Shown here in pieces: positions 20,890 through 29,207 of a DNA stretch of 64,000 bases. A program made the position numbers and the translations under genes. Origin of the DNA: a virus (lineage: Duplodnaviria; Caudoviricetes). The stretch is from the IMG/VR virus record IMGVR_UViG_3300043466_002015, positions 1,462-65,461 of that record. One strand, written 5' to 3'. Each line of letters opens with the position of its first letter. Position 1 is the stretch's first letter. Below the pieces are notes generated by a model that saw only the letters and a program-made list of their open reading frames with translations, did not search any database and was not told where the DNA came from.

Positions 20890-21489
20890 ATGACCGTAGC
20901 GGCTTATGTTCGAGTTAGCACAGCTTCACAGAATGAGGCTAGTCAGAAGCGTGAGATTACCAAGTGGTTGTCTGGAAACGGCATCAACGCCAACCAAGTG
21001 CTGTGGTACGTTGACAAGGAGAGCGGAGAGACGCTTAAGAGAGCCGAGTTCGAACAGCTTCAGCGAGATATTTTCAACGGCGTCATCAAAACTGTCGTCG
21101 TGTACAAGATTGATCGCCTCTCGAGATCACTAAAGGATGGGATCGATACGCTGTGTACGTGGTGTCAGAACGGGATCCGCGTTGTCTCAACCTCGCAACA
21201 AATCGATTTCACAGGCGCAATGGGACAACTGGTTGCGGCAGTGTTGTTTGCCGTTGCGCAGTTTGAAACTGAGACCAGAAGAGACAGGCAAGCAGCTGGA
21301 ATCGCGGCAGCAAAGGAGAAAGGAACTTATCGAGGAAGAGCACCAGGAGCTACCAAAGCTGGAGTTAACCCCTCTCGCGCTGCGGAACTTCGAGAGAAGG
21401 GACTCACGCATCAGGAAGTTGCGAAAACGCTAGGAGTGAGTCTGAGAACAGCATTCAGGTACTCCCAACTGCCATCGAGTCAGACATAG
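20890..21489 (+). CDS. Small serine recombinase (resolvase/invertase family)
   Basis: YVRVST catalytic motif, DRLSRS and a C-terminal HTH. Confidence 0.95.
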   Translation: MTVAAYVRVSTASQNEASQKREITKWLSGNGINANQVLWYVDKESGETLKRAEFEQLQRDIFNGVIKTVVVYKIDRLSRSLKDGIDTLCTWCQNGIRVVSTSQQIDFTGAMGQLVAAVLFAVAQFETETRRDRQAAGIAAAKEKGTYRGRAPGATKAGVNPSRAAELREKGLTHQEVAKTLGVSLRTAFRYSQLPSSQT

Positions 21490-21522
21490 GCGCACCCCAG
21501 GCCCATATAAGGTATGCAATCT

Positions 21523-21573
21523 CGCTCGTTGCCGGAAATTACGGGTTTTTCCCGTAATACTGACCAGCGAGCG
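21523..21573. terminator. Long hairpin between convergent transcription units
   Basis: CGCTCGTTG..ATTACGGG-TTTTT-CCCGTAAT..CAGCGAGCG. Confidence 0.35.
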
Positions 21574-21950
21574 TATTCGGGAGAGTTAAGAGGCGAGCAG
21601 CCTGCACTGCTTTCTCGCCGTTCCCTCTCCCAGCGTCCACTCACCGTCAGCCTGTTGCTCCTGTACGACCCTTGAGGTTAAGAGCCTCTCCACGCCGCAG
21701 GGCGCTTTGCCGACTCAATCCCATGCACTTTGGCGGTCTTCCACAGATCGGACAACTTGCTCAAACGATTGCACGCACAAGCACTGGCTACCCAGCATTA
21801 AACTCATGCAATATACGTGCTCCCCCTCTGATGTGGATTGAGGGAGAGCGGGTCGACAAAGCATCGGACCCTTGAGCAGAAGCGTTAAAAACGCGATTAA
21901 CCTAAGCCTTGTCTTGCTGAATCCACTCAGCTTTCCAAATACTAATCCCG

Positions 21951-22250
21951 CTAATTGCTGTCGTCAACAACGCTTGCGAGCATTTTGCGGAAATCCTTAG
22001 ATTCAACTAGCACAGCCTTGGCTAGACTTTCGAGTGATTCGATAGCCCTTACCTTGACTTCTCGCTCGGTTTCAGCGAGACGAGCCTGTTGGTGCTTCTC
22101 GGAAAACGACTCAATAAGTCTAGCAGCATCCAAATGGAATCTTGCCTTTAATGACTCCTCGCCCTTTTCGCCTGCTCGCCAACTGACATTGTGTCGAACC
22201 TTTTTCGCCTGCTCTCTGTGCCATTCGGCAAGCATCTCAGCATTCATCAT
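21951..22250 (-). CDS. Hypothetical protein
   Basis: 99-aa ORF with a CAGGAG RBS. Confidence 0.6.
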   Translation of the reverse strand: MMNAEMLAEWHREQAKKVRHNVSWRAGEKGEESLKARFHLDAARLIESFSEKHQQARLAETEREVKVRAIESLESLAKAVLVESKDFRKMLASVVDDSN

Positions 22251-22270
22251 TTACTTCTCCTGACAGACTG

Positions 22271-22516
22271 TCAGTCTTTGTTTGCTTCCGCGTAAAGAGC
22301 CAAAAAATCCTCTGGAAGCACTTCTGACTTGACACCATTTTTAGTCCAATGATCAAACAAAATCAACGATAACCGATTGACCAAAGCGATAATTGCTTTG
22401 TCGTATCCGAGTTCTCGGACATCCGAACGCACAAGCGTTGAAAACAGCTCGCGATCGCTCCTGCTCTCCATAAACGCTTGGTAAGCCATTTGCTTGATAG
22501 TCATTGCGGCTGGCAT
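22271..22516 (-). CDS. Hypothetical protein
   Basis: 81-aa ORF with a GGAG RBS. Confidence 0.6.
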   Translation of the reverse strand: MPAAMTIKQMAYQAFMESRSDRELFSTLVRSDVRELGYDKAIIALVNRLSLILFDHWTKNGVKSEVLPEDFLALYAEANKD

Positions 22517-22531
22517 TGTAACTCTCCATAG

Positions 22532-22888
22532 CTAAATTACGGTCATCCCATCAATGCCGGCATTATAGTCTTTCCAGCACGCATGCCCTTCTTTAACGAG
22601 CGTCTCGCAAACCCATTGACTACTTTGAGGAGACTGGATATCGGCAAGATATCTACCGTATTTTTCTCTTTTGTCTTTGAGTGTTCTTACGTTGCAGATT
22701 GTTGCAACCGGGAGAAGCTCCATAAGCCTAAGTTTAGCAGCCTTTCCCTCTTCTGTGTTCATTTCAGGAGCGTTAATCCAGGCGAGACGAAACCTCAATT
22801 TGATTGAAATATCAAAACCGAGGTCAACTTGAGCATCCACCGTATCGCCGTCAACAACCTTTATTATGGAACAGGAATACTCGTACAT
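22532..22888 (-). CDS. Thermonuclease (SNase-like)
   Basis: VVDGDT, RLAWINAPE and KYGRYLA motifs. Confidence 0.9.
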   Translation of the reverse strand: MYEYSCSIIKVVDGDTVDAQVDLGFDISIKLRFRLAWINAPEMNTEEGKAAKLRLMELLPVATICNVRTLKDKREKYGRYLADIQSPQSSQWVCETLVKEGHACWKDYNAGIDGMTVI

Positions 22889-22943
22889 TACCCAATCCTT
22901 TCTGCACCGATGATGTCTCCACCCTCTCCATCAAACACGCTCA

Positions 22944-23522
22944 TTATGCGTAATCGCCTCCATGCCAAAACGTTACTTTTTGAACATTGCCCTTGTCGTC
23001 TCTATCAACAATCCAATGGTTGTTGAACTTTTCCCACCAAAACGTCAAATCATACTTGCTGTCGTCGTAGTAACGACACACAAAATCTGACTTAAACTTT
23101 GAATGCACGTTTTCGAAAAGAGTTGAGGTGATCAACTTATACACTGGGAAGTTTTCGCTCAACAGCTTGCACAACCGGGTGTAATTCGACCCTCGAATAA
23201 CGCCAGCTTCGACGAGGACAATGTTTTGTTTTAGAGCGGCATCATCAAATGCTCGCAATATGCTCTCAGTGGTGGTTTCCGTCCATGGTTCGTCGGGATA
23301 TGGCACATCAACGCAAAAACCGCTACATATCTCGCCATCTCTGGACAGGTGATGCCGCAGCACTTGCCAAGCAATTGACGAGTAATCTGACGAAACGCCA
23401 ACCAGTGTTGTGTTTAGAGCATCAAGACCCGCATTGGCTAAAAGCAATGCCATATGATTTATAATTTGATGTTCGATAGTTGGATCGATTATCAGCTCTT
23501 TTCGCGTCTGCTTCTTACTCAC
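22944..23522 (-). CDS. Divergent phosphoribosyltransferase-fold protein
   Basis: IVLVEAGVIRG resembles a PRPP loop, and the C-terminal LTFWWE resembles xFPWE. Confidence 0.5.
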   Translation of the reverse strand: MSKKQTRKELIIDPTIEHQIINHMALLLANAGLDALNTTLVGVSSDYSSIAWQVLRHHLSRDGEICSGFCVDVPYPDEPWTETTTESILRAFDDAALKQNIVLVEAGVIRGSNYTRLCKLLSENFPVYKLITSTLFENVHSKFKSDFVCRYYDDSKYDLTFWWEKFNNHWIVDRDDKGNVQKVTFWHGGDYA

Positions 23523-24073
23523 TCCGTCACCTCCACGCCAAAATGCGAACCGTCATCAAATACCTTTTCGTTGAAACTATCACTCCAACCGTGTGCTCCG
23601 TGAAATTTGTCTGAATAACAACAAGGTGGATTAAAATCGTTTGGATCTTCTTTCCATCGCCACCATCGATCCCGATGCGGCTTGAACTCCTCAGCATTGG
23701 CAAATTGTCGATATTGCTTCGGCTTCTCGATCTTGCGTAACACAACAGCCCATCCGGTACTTGGATGAGGGCCTTCCCATGCTTCAACGGATCGATCAAT
23801 CAGCAACCTGTATTCACCAGCTACTACGACACCAATCCGCACCAACTCCCATCCTTCTGGTACGCCTGGGATGCCTCGAAAACCTTGCTCGTTGCTCATT
23901 TCTTCCTCCACATCGCATAAGAAATCAAACCACCACCAGCCACCGCGAACGGAACCCACCAGGGTATGGCGGATTCCACTAGGTAGCGAAATTCGAATAA
24001 GCTCATTGGTTTTCCTTTGCAATTCGGAATATCGTGAATTCAACATATCACCGTGATATGCGGAGTTCCGCAT
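23519..24073 (-). CDS. Hypothetical protein (true start may be the internal MSNEQ)
   Basis: ORF track. GGAAGAA precedes the internal ATG near 23899. Confidence 0.5.
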   Translation of the reverse strand: MRNSAYHGDMLNSRYSELQRKTNELIRISLPSGIRHTLVGSVRGGWWWFDFLCDVEEEMSNEQGFRGIPGVPEGWELVRIGVVVAGEYRLLIDRSVEAWEGPHPSTGWAVVLRKIEKPKQYRQFANAEEFKPHRDRWWRWKEDPNDFNPPCCYSDKFHGAHGWSDSFNEKVFDDGSHFGVEVTE

Positions 24074-24088
24074 ACTATTTGTTATGTT
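24041..24088 (+). mobile_element. Degenerate short attC-like site at the left end of array 1
   Basis: TATGCGG-AGTT-CCGCATA hairpin, 6-nt spacer, then GTTATGT. The R'' box is imperfect. Confidence 0.4.
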
Positions 24089-24516
24089 GACCTATGTAGA
24101 TACTTTTCTCTTAGGCCATAGCTACTCTTGCTGGTCTTGTCTTTGTAGTTGCCTTCGTGGTCGCGATACATTTGCACATCCGGCACGAACGTGTAAACAA
24201 ATCCTCCATCGCTGTAGTCAACATCTACTACAGTGCCCTCAACACCTACAGCCAGATTTTTCTCTGATCCCGACCAGCCACCTTCGCATTTGATTTTCTT
24301 GACAATGATAGCACGCTCCCCTTTTTTGATTGGAGAAAATCGCATTAGCAGTGCCTCGCTCTGTTCGACCAGTTTGACTAGGTAATAGTCCAATGGACCC
24401 CTAGCGAAAATCTCCTGAGCTTGCTGAATATGCTTCACTCCAGCCTTCATTCTCTCGACGAAATCCGGCAACATAACAACGGATTCCACCGAAGCCTCAT
24501 TAACGTCTGTTTTCAT
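24082..24516 (-). CDS. Cassette-borne hypothetical protein
   Basis: The stop lies in R' (G|TTA). The start and GAAAGG RBS lie inside the attC loop. Confidence 0.7.
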   Translation of the reverse strand: MKTDVNEASVESVVMLPDFVERMKAGVKHIQQAQEIFARGPLDYYLVKLVEQSEALLMRFSPIKKGERAIIVKKIKCEGGWSGSEKNLAVGVEGTVVDVDYSDGGFVYTFVPDVQMYRDHEGNYKDKTSKSSYGLREKYLHRST

Positions 24517-24559
24517 GGTTTACCTTTCTTATTCGGCTCGGTGAATCCGAGCGTTATCG
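24471..24559 (+). mobile_element. attC site
   Basis: ACATAAC-AACGGATTCCACCGAAGCC...GGCTCGGTGAATCCGAGC-GTTATCG, with extrahelical bases on the left arm. Confidence 0.85.
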
Positions 24560-24793
24560 TGACAAAACCTCTACCGCATCTTTCGCCTCGTCGTGGAGTC
24601 GCTCTCGCCACGCATCCGCTACTTCATTCTTAAACTGCTGTGGAGACCAACCAGACTCAATCGCGAGCGTTACCGCTTCCCAAACTGCATCTTCTACCTT
24701 AGATGGCGTCCGAACTCCCATTCGCAATCCAGAACCGTCAAACCCTAAACTCAAGCCTAGTGGTTTCATAAATACACCTTTGCACGATAACAA
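24554..24793 (-). CDS. Cassette-borne hypothetical protein
   Basis: Stop lies in R' at 24554. Confidence 0.65.
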   Translation of the reverse strand: MLSCKGVFMKPLGLSLGFDGSGLRMGVRTPSKVEDAVWEAVTLAIESGWSPQQFKNEVADAWRERLHDEAKDAVEVLSR

Positions 24794-24874
24794 ATCGGTA
24801 AACCGAAGTCGCCGGTCACCTAGTTCTCAAGCCCAAGTCTCTTGGCGGCGACTCGGTTACCGCTGGCGTTCATT
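24785..24874 (+). mobile_element. attC site
   Basis: CGATAAC-AAATCGGTAAACCGAAGTCGCCG...CGGCGACTCGGTTACCGCTGGC-GTTCATT. Confidence 0.9.
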
Positions 24875-25205
24875 TGAGCTTTATGCAGTCGTTGCACACA
24901 AAACTTGACTGTTTTCTGGTCTTACCGTTATCACACAACAAAACGTGCTGCTCTCTTACTTTTGTGCGTTCCTGCGGAAACTTCCAACGTTTGCATCTTG
25001 GGCATTGTCGCTGGCAAAGATGATGAATGCTCGTCATGTCATGAGCCCATTGATGCCACTGCAAATAACCATCTGGCGGCATCGAATCAATTGCGTAGCA
25101 CGGTCCTGGCTTCATCCCCATTTTCCACCAAATGAACAATTGATTGGACCGAAGCCGCGTTCGATCCGTTTTCTGATGGTTAATCGACCGACGCGGCTCG
25201 GTCAA
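24870..25205 (-). CDS. Cassette-borne Cys-rich hypothetical protein
   Basis: TGA stop lies in R'. CxxC pairs. The start lies within the attC and is uncertain. Confidence 0.65.
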   Translation of the reverse strand: MTEPRRSINHQKTDRTRLRSNQLFIWWKMGMKPGPCYAIDSMPPDGYLQWHQWAHDMTSIHHLCQRQCPRCKRWKFPQERTKVREQHVLLCDNGKTRKQSSFVCNDCIKLK

Positions 25206-25219
25206 TCAAAGCGTTACTC
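25131..25219 (+). mobile_element. attC site
   Basis: AATGAAC-AATTGATTGGACCGAAGCCGCG...CGCGGCTCGGTCAATCAAAGC-GTTACTC. Confidence 0.9.
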
Positions 25220-25681
25220 CGCCACATCGCACGAAAACAGATTCGGTGCCTGTCCACCCCAGAACTCTTTCGTGTCCAAACGCTCCATGTCGTCGCGAGT
25301 CGATCGCACGCGACAGTAGGGAGCTGTCACGACGACAATTCCTCTCGAGTTGTAGTGTCGCATAATCACTCCAGCGTGATTTCTCCACGGCCACTCTGAC
25401 CCATTGCCCAACAGCTTCCAACCGCAATTGTGCATCCTTCCATCAGACTCATCCCGCTTCCACAATATCGCCTGAGTCAAAACCAAGTCTCCCTTGTTGT
25501 CAAATACGCGATTGATCTCAATACAATCAACTTCATACTCGTGCGTTTCTGGCATCAAAGGAGACCCTAAAAAAGAAAGTAGCGCGGCAAGCATCATGCT
25601 TTTCCTGTAACAAAAAGGACCGTGTTTTTGTTTCAATCCCGATCGGTAAACCCGACTACCAAATTCGCCCGCAAACGTCAT
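25214..25681 (-). CDS. Hypothetical protein, possibly exported (start probably MMLAALL)
   Basis: ORF track. The stop coincides with the terminal R'. Confidence 0.55.
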   Translation of the reverse strand: MTFAGEFGSRVYRSGLKQKHGPFCYRKSMMLAALLSFLGSPLMPETHEYEVDCIEINRVFDNKGDLVLTQAILWKRDESDGRMHNCGWKLLGNGSEWPWRNHAGVIMRHYNSRGIVVVTAPYCRVRSTRDDMERLDTKEFWGGQAPNLFSCDVAE

Positions 25682-25744
25682 TTCGTTACCGAGCGGGTTG
25701 CATATTTAGGAAGTGTCGGGTGTTTGTGAAAAGTCCCTACAAAA

Positions 25745-25916
25745 TGGATCAGGCAGGATTTGCACCTGCTAACCGTAGCGTAAAAGGCTATCGGGATTCG
25801 TCACTGGCTTTACCGCGAATCGAGTCAGTCCTTATTTACCACTTGTGCCGTTGGTGTTCCGCTAAGACCCGTTATCGAACACAGTAGTAGCATGTCACTG
25901 TCCATGCCGCTGATCC
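25745..25916 (-). ncRNA. tRNA-like RNA 1 (172 nt) with a greatly expanded central region
   Basis: Acceptor GGATCAG/CTGATCC+A, D-stem GCAT/ATGC, T-arm GCAGG-TGCAAAT-CCTGC. Confidence 0.65.
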
Positions 25917-26074
25917 GTAAATGCGGCACTCTGTCCGCCCGTCACGCACACCCTGGTCGGGCCGACGCTGCTAGTACGTTTCGCTCGTTCTTCTATCCTC
26001 GAACAGGATGCCAGTACGTCAGCTGTATCGTCATACAACCTTCTAGCAACGGGCACCAATTTTTCAGATGCCAA

Positions 26075-26177
26075 TGGATCAGGCAGGATTTGCACCTGCT
26101 CGCCGGAGTCAGCAGTAGCCGTCGCCACAAGGGCATGAAGCCAATACTCCTGCGTGTACCCACCACGCCGCTGATCC
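26075..26177 (-). ncRNA. tRNA-like RNA 2 (103 nt) with an extended anticodon arm
   Basis: Same acceptor and T-arm as RNA 1. D-stem GCGT/ACGC. Stem GGAGT/ACTCC encloses 36 nt. 5-nt variable loop. Confidence 0.7.
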
Positions 26178-26266
26178 ATAAAATCCCCATCGGTAAAATC
26201 GAAAATTTCCGCCCATTCTCAGGACGACGAATATTTTACCCGCATTGCCCCGGTGACGCAAGAGCA

Positions 26267-26515
26267 TTACCAATTATCTCCATCTGTTCCAAGTTCAGAG
26301 GTGCCACCGAGGAGATTTGCGTTGCGAGATTTTAAGCCGCGATGGGTAGTTTTTCTCGATGGGGAAGAAGTGTCGGTGAGGTAACCCGATTGCCGCATTT
26401 CCATCAGCACCGAAAGCTTGCAGCTATGGCAATACTTGTAGCCCACCACCGCAGAAAGCCTACCGCACTTATCGCACGGCCGCATTTGTCGTTCCGGCCT
26501 CTTGCCCATTGTCAT
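26267..26515 (-). CDS. Small zinc-finger protein
   Basis: CDKC...CHSC motifs and a GGAG RBS. Confidence 0.6.
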   Translation of the reverse strand: MTMGKRPERQMRPCDKCGRLSAVVGYKYCHSCKLSVLMEMRQSGYLTDTSSPSRKTTHRGLKSRNANLLGGTSELGTDGDNW

Positions 26516-26622
26516 ATCTCCACTGACAACCTGTCAGCTAAAGTGGCAACGTTGCCACAAGCTGTACAAATCACCTCCAAAGATTACTACCTGGAGGTAA
26601 TTTGCACCACCAATTTGAAATT

Positions 26623-26856
26623 CTACCTCTCCCTAGGCCACTCAAAGCACTGCGACAAACTACGTACAATTAACTCAACAGTTCCCCCAGCTTCAAGGTA
26701 CGCAATAGCCGCAGCTTGCAATTCCCCCTCAGCCCTCTCAAGCTCTTCGCCAGCCTTTATGCCGTCCTTGTCGTACCTCTCGGTCTGACACTTTCGACGA
26801 TACGTGCTCAGCTTGCTTTCAGGCACCCGATCAGCACCAATGTAGTAGATCTTCAT
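26623..26856 (-). CDS. Hypothetical protein
   Basis: 77-aa ORF with an AGGAG RBS. Confidence 0.6.
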   Translation of the reverse strand: MKIYYIGADRVPESKLSTYRRKCQTERYDKDGIKAGEELERAEGELQAAAIAYLEAGGTVELIVRSLSQCFEWPRER

Positions 26857-27175
26857 ACGCTAACTCCTAACCAACATCCTATCAGCATGGACCCGATGCA
26901 GCAAGTCAAATATTGTATTGGGTGGAAGGGGATATCGTTGACGTCGCAGCGGTGGGGTGGGGGTCCGGATCGGTTTCCGGTGGGCTTCGGCTCGGTCTTC
27001 GGTTCGGTGATCCTCGAGGTCAGCGGTGAGCGTCATCGAGTCGGCAGCACTGCAATGCGTGCCAAATAGAGTGACTACCTCAGCACCTCGAGAAACACAG
27101 GGAAAACACCGAGGAAACACACACAAATCACCGTGCACAGTAGCGTATACCCTTCGTGACCTGCCAGTGTGACAC

Positions 27176-27826
27176 TCAGCCCTCGAGCATCTCGGCGAGG
27201 AGTGATCGCACCTCGTCGATCGCCAGCCGCTCGCGGCGGATCATCTCGCGTTCATCTTCGAGCGTTGCCGAAGCTTTGGCGGCGACATCCACATACTTCG
27301 CATAAGCTCTAATGCTCGTTTCCAGCCAGCCTAAGGCAGCCCATGACGGTGCTGGAGATAGCGACTTGCTGAGGTCGACCACAGAGGTCTCACCGACTGT
27401 GCGAACCACCGAGAGCCTATTTGCTTGTACCCACTGCACCTCAGCGGCTAGTGGCGCGTTGGCTGGTAAGTGATTCCAGTCTGCCGGGATGTCGCTCAGC
27501 CCGGTGACGGCCGACTCGTCGCGTGCGCTCGCTGCCGTCTGAGCCGACTGTCGTTCAGCGGTAGCGGTGGGATTGGCTTCGCCCCCCACCACTTCCCCCA
27601 CCTCTCTCGTCGTCTCCTGTGGTGGTGTTGCTGGTCCTGGCGAGGTTTCTGTCGGCGGAAACAGTTCATCGAGGATTTGATATGCCTCGAGGTGCGCATC
27701 TTCTCGCTGTAGACCTCTTTCCCTCGCTTCGCGAATTAAGCGATCCTTGACTATCGAGGCTTCTTCCCACTGTCCTTGCGCGATCAGTCGTTTGCTGAGT
27801 GCCATCTTCAGTGCTTTTAGATCCAC
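27176..27826 (-). CDS. Hypothetical helical protein (possible small terminase-like)
   Basis: 216-aa first gene of the leftward unit, with an AAGGGG RBS. The function is only a positional guess. Confidence 0.5.
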   Translation of the reverse strand: MDLKALKMALSKRLIAQGQWEEASIVKDRLIREARERGLQREDAHLEAYQILDELFPPTETSPGPATPPQETTREVGEVVGGEANPTATAERQSAQTAASARDESAVTGLSDIPADWNHLPANAPLAAEVQWVQANRLSVVRTVGETSVVDLSKSLSPAPSWAALGWLETSIRAYAKYVDVAAKASATLEDEREMIRRERLAIDEVRSLLAEMLEG

Positions 27827-28160
27827 GGTTACCCCTTCGCGCTATCTCTGAGCGCAACAATTCCTAGTAATCCGCAGGTTATTTATCGACGCTGCAACCG
27901 GGATTAATCCCCCGACTAGCCTGCTGGCTACCCCTCACGTCTATCAGCAGTGTAGGCTTTCGCCTGCTCACTGAAAATTGATCTCACTCCGGTGAGATCG
28001 CTCGGCATCGTCTCGGTCTGTGCTCTCGCCTTAGACTCTCGGTGACGCTGCACACCGAATAATTTTTACCAAAAATATCCGATGCGATCTGCACTGTCAA
28101 ATCATTGGTCAAACACACTTTATAAGACGCATGCCAAATAGAATATCGGAAATACCCTAC

Positions 28161-28189
28161 TTGACACCACAAGGGCTTGCCGATACAGT
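28161..28189 (+). promoter_or_regulatory. Sigma70-type early promoter
   Basis: TTGACA-17 nt-TACAGT upstream of the plus-strand operon. Confidence 0.75.
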
Positions 28190-28256
28190 GCAACACCCCA
28201 CGGGGGACGGCGGAAACGCCGATTCAAAAACAGTTCAAAACACAGGAGAAAGAAAC

Positions 28257-28769
28257 ATGGCAGCACGCAAACCATTCAAGGTTCAGAGTCGAGAGCAAGG
28301 ACGGGGTCGCATCAGCACCAACTCGTTCGCAACATTGAAAGAGGCACAGGACTTCGTCGCCAGCCACTGGCAAGGCGCTGACTACATCGACGGGGAAGCA
28401 AGCTTCCATACCGATTACTGCGACTTCAACTGCGTTGGATTCGTGCTGGCGGACATCGGCGAGCGTTACTGGGTTGATCGCGAAGGGTTTTATGAGTGGG
28501 AATGGAAAGACCTCGATGGCTCGAAGCGGTTCACCGTGGTTGCCTGGAGCGATGAGGAAGACCGATCGCCGCAGAAGACCGTCATTGCAAGTTTCGGCAC
28601 ACGGGAGCAGGCGATTGCCGAAGCGATCAGGTTGTGCAACGACGCAACGACGATCCATGTTGAAGACAACGGCAAGAACATTGGCTGGGCGCACGACAAG
28701 GACTTTTACGACGATGTTCCATTCGAGCAGGTTGCGTACCCTGCCGATGATTCACCGGTTCCTTTCTAG
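28257..28769 (+). CDS. Early hypothetical protein
   Basis: ACAGGAGA RBS before ATG 28257. Confidence 0.7.
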   Translation: MAARKPFKVQSREQGRGRISTNSFATLKEAQDFVASHWQGADYIDGEASFHTDYCDFNCVGFVLADIGERYWVDREGFYEWEWKDLDGSKRFTVVAWSDEEDRSPQKTVIASFGTREQAIAEAIRLCNDATTIHVEDNGKNIGWAHDKDFYDDVPFEQVAYPADDSPVPF

Positions 28770-28820
28770 GTCGAAACCCCTTCGGGGGTCCAATGGTACA
28801 GTGCCACTGCTGATGAGACC
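28769..28820 (+). ncRNA. Hammerhead ribozyme, type II
   Basis: GGTC-GAAA-CCCC-TTCG-GGGG-TC^CAATGG-TACAGTG-CCACTG-CTGATGA-GACC. The complete catalytic core is present, with a GUC cleavage triplet ending at 28790. Confidence 0.92.
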
Positions 28821-28841
28821 AATACAAACAGGAGAAAGACA

Positions 28842-29129
28842 ATGAGTACAGCAACAGGCAGGCAGGGTTTTGGATTCTGGGACACAACGTGCTACCCGAT
28901 TGGGGGCTGTTTCCGCCGCTTTGGGCAGAACGAAGCCGTTACCGACATCGCGAAATTGGATCGGGCATATCAAGGGGCAACCCACACGGGAAAGATCATC
29001 AGGGATGGGAAGACTCTCGCGATTGCTTTTGGCATCACCTCAGTAGAGTCGAGGGCTCGTAAGGCGTTCGAACCGAGCGAGCAAAGCGACTGGGCGTACA
29101 GCCGCGCTGAGGCTGGGTACGGAGATTAA
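28842..29129 (+). CDS. Early hypothetical protein
   Basis: ACAGGAGA RBS. Confidence 0.7.
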   Translation: MSTATGRQGFGFWDTTCYPIGGCFRRFGQNEAVTDIAKLDRAYQGATHTGKIIRDGKTLAIAFGITSVESRARKAFEPSEQSDWAYSRAEAGYGD

Positions 29130-29177
29130 CTAGCAGGGGTTAGGGCTAGTGCGGCAGGTCACCCGACCTGCGTCCCC
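29129..29177 (+). ncRNA. Unassigned pseudoknot motif, copy 1
   Basis: ACTAGC-AGGGGTTAGG-GCTAGT-GCG-GCAGGTC-ACCC-GACCTGC-GT-CCCC. Confidence 0.75.
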
Positions 29178-29207
29178 AGTTCATTCACATTCACAGGAGA
29201 TTTCCAC

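Noticed and set aside
20890-21489. Resolvase as the integrase for the attC arrays
   Set aside because: attC recombination needs the tyrosine recombinase IntI. This protein is a serine resolvase.
25604-25691. Additional attC (CTGTAAC...GTTACCG)
   Set aside because: The inner arms do not pair, and R'' does not match the junction at 25213.
25745-26177. Canonical tRNA genes or tmRNA
   Set aside because: There is no 7-nt anticodon loop and the T-loop is non-standard. They are too short for tmRNA, have a D-stem and lack the alanine G3-U70 acceptor pair.
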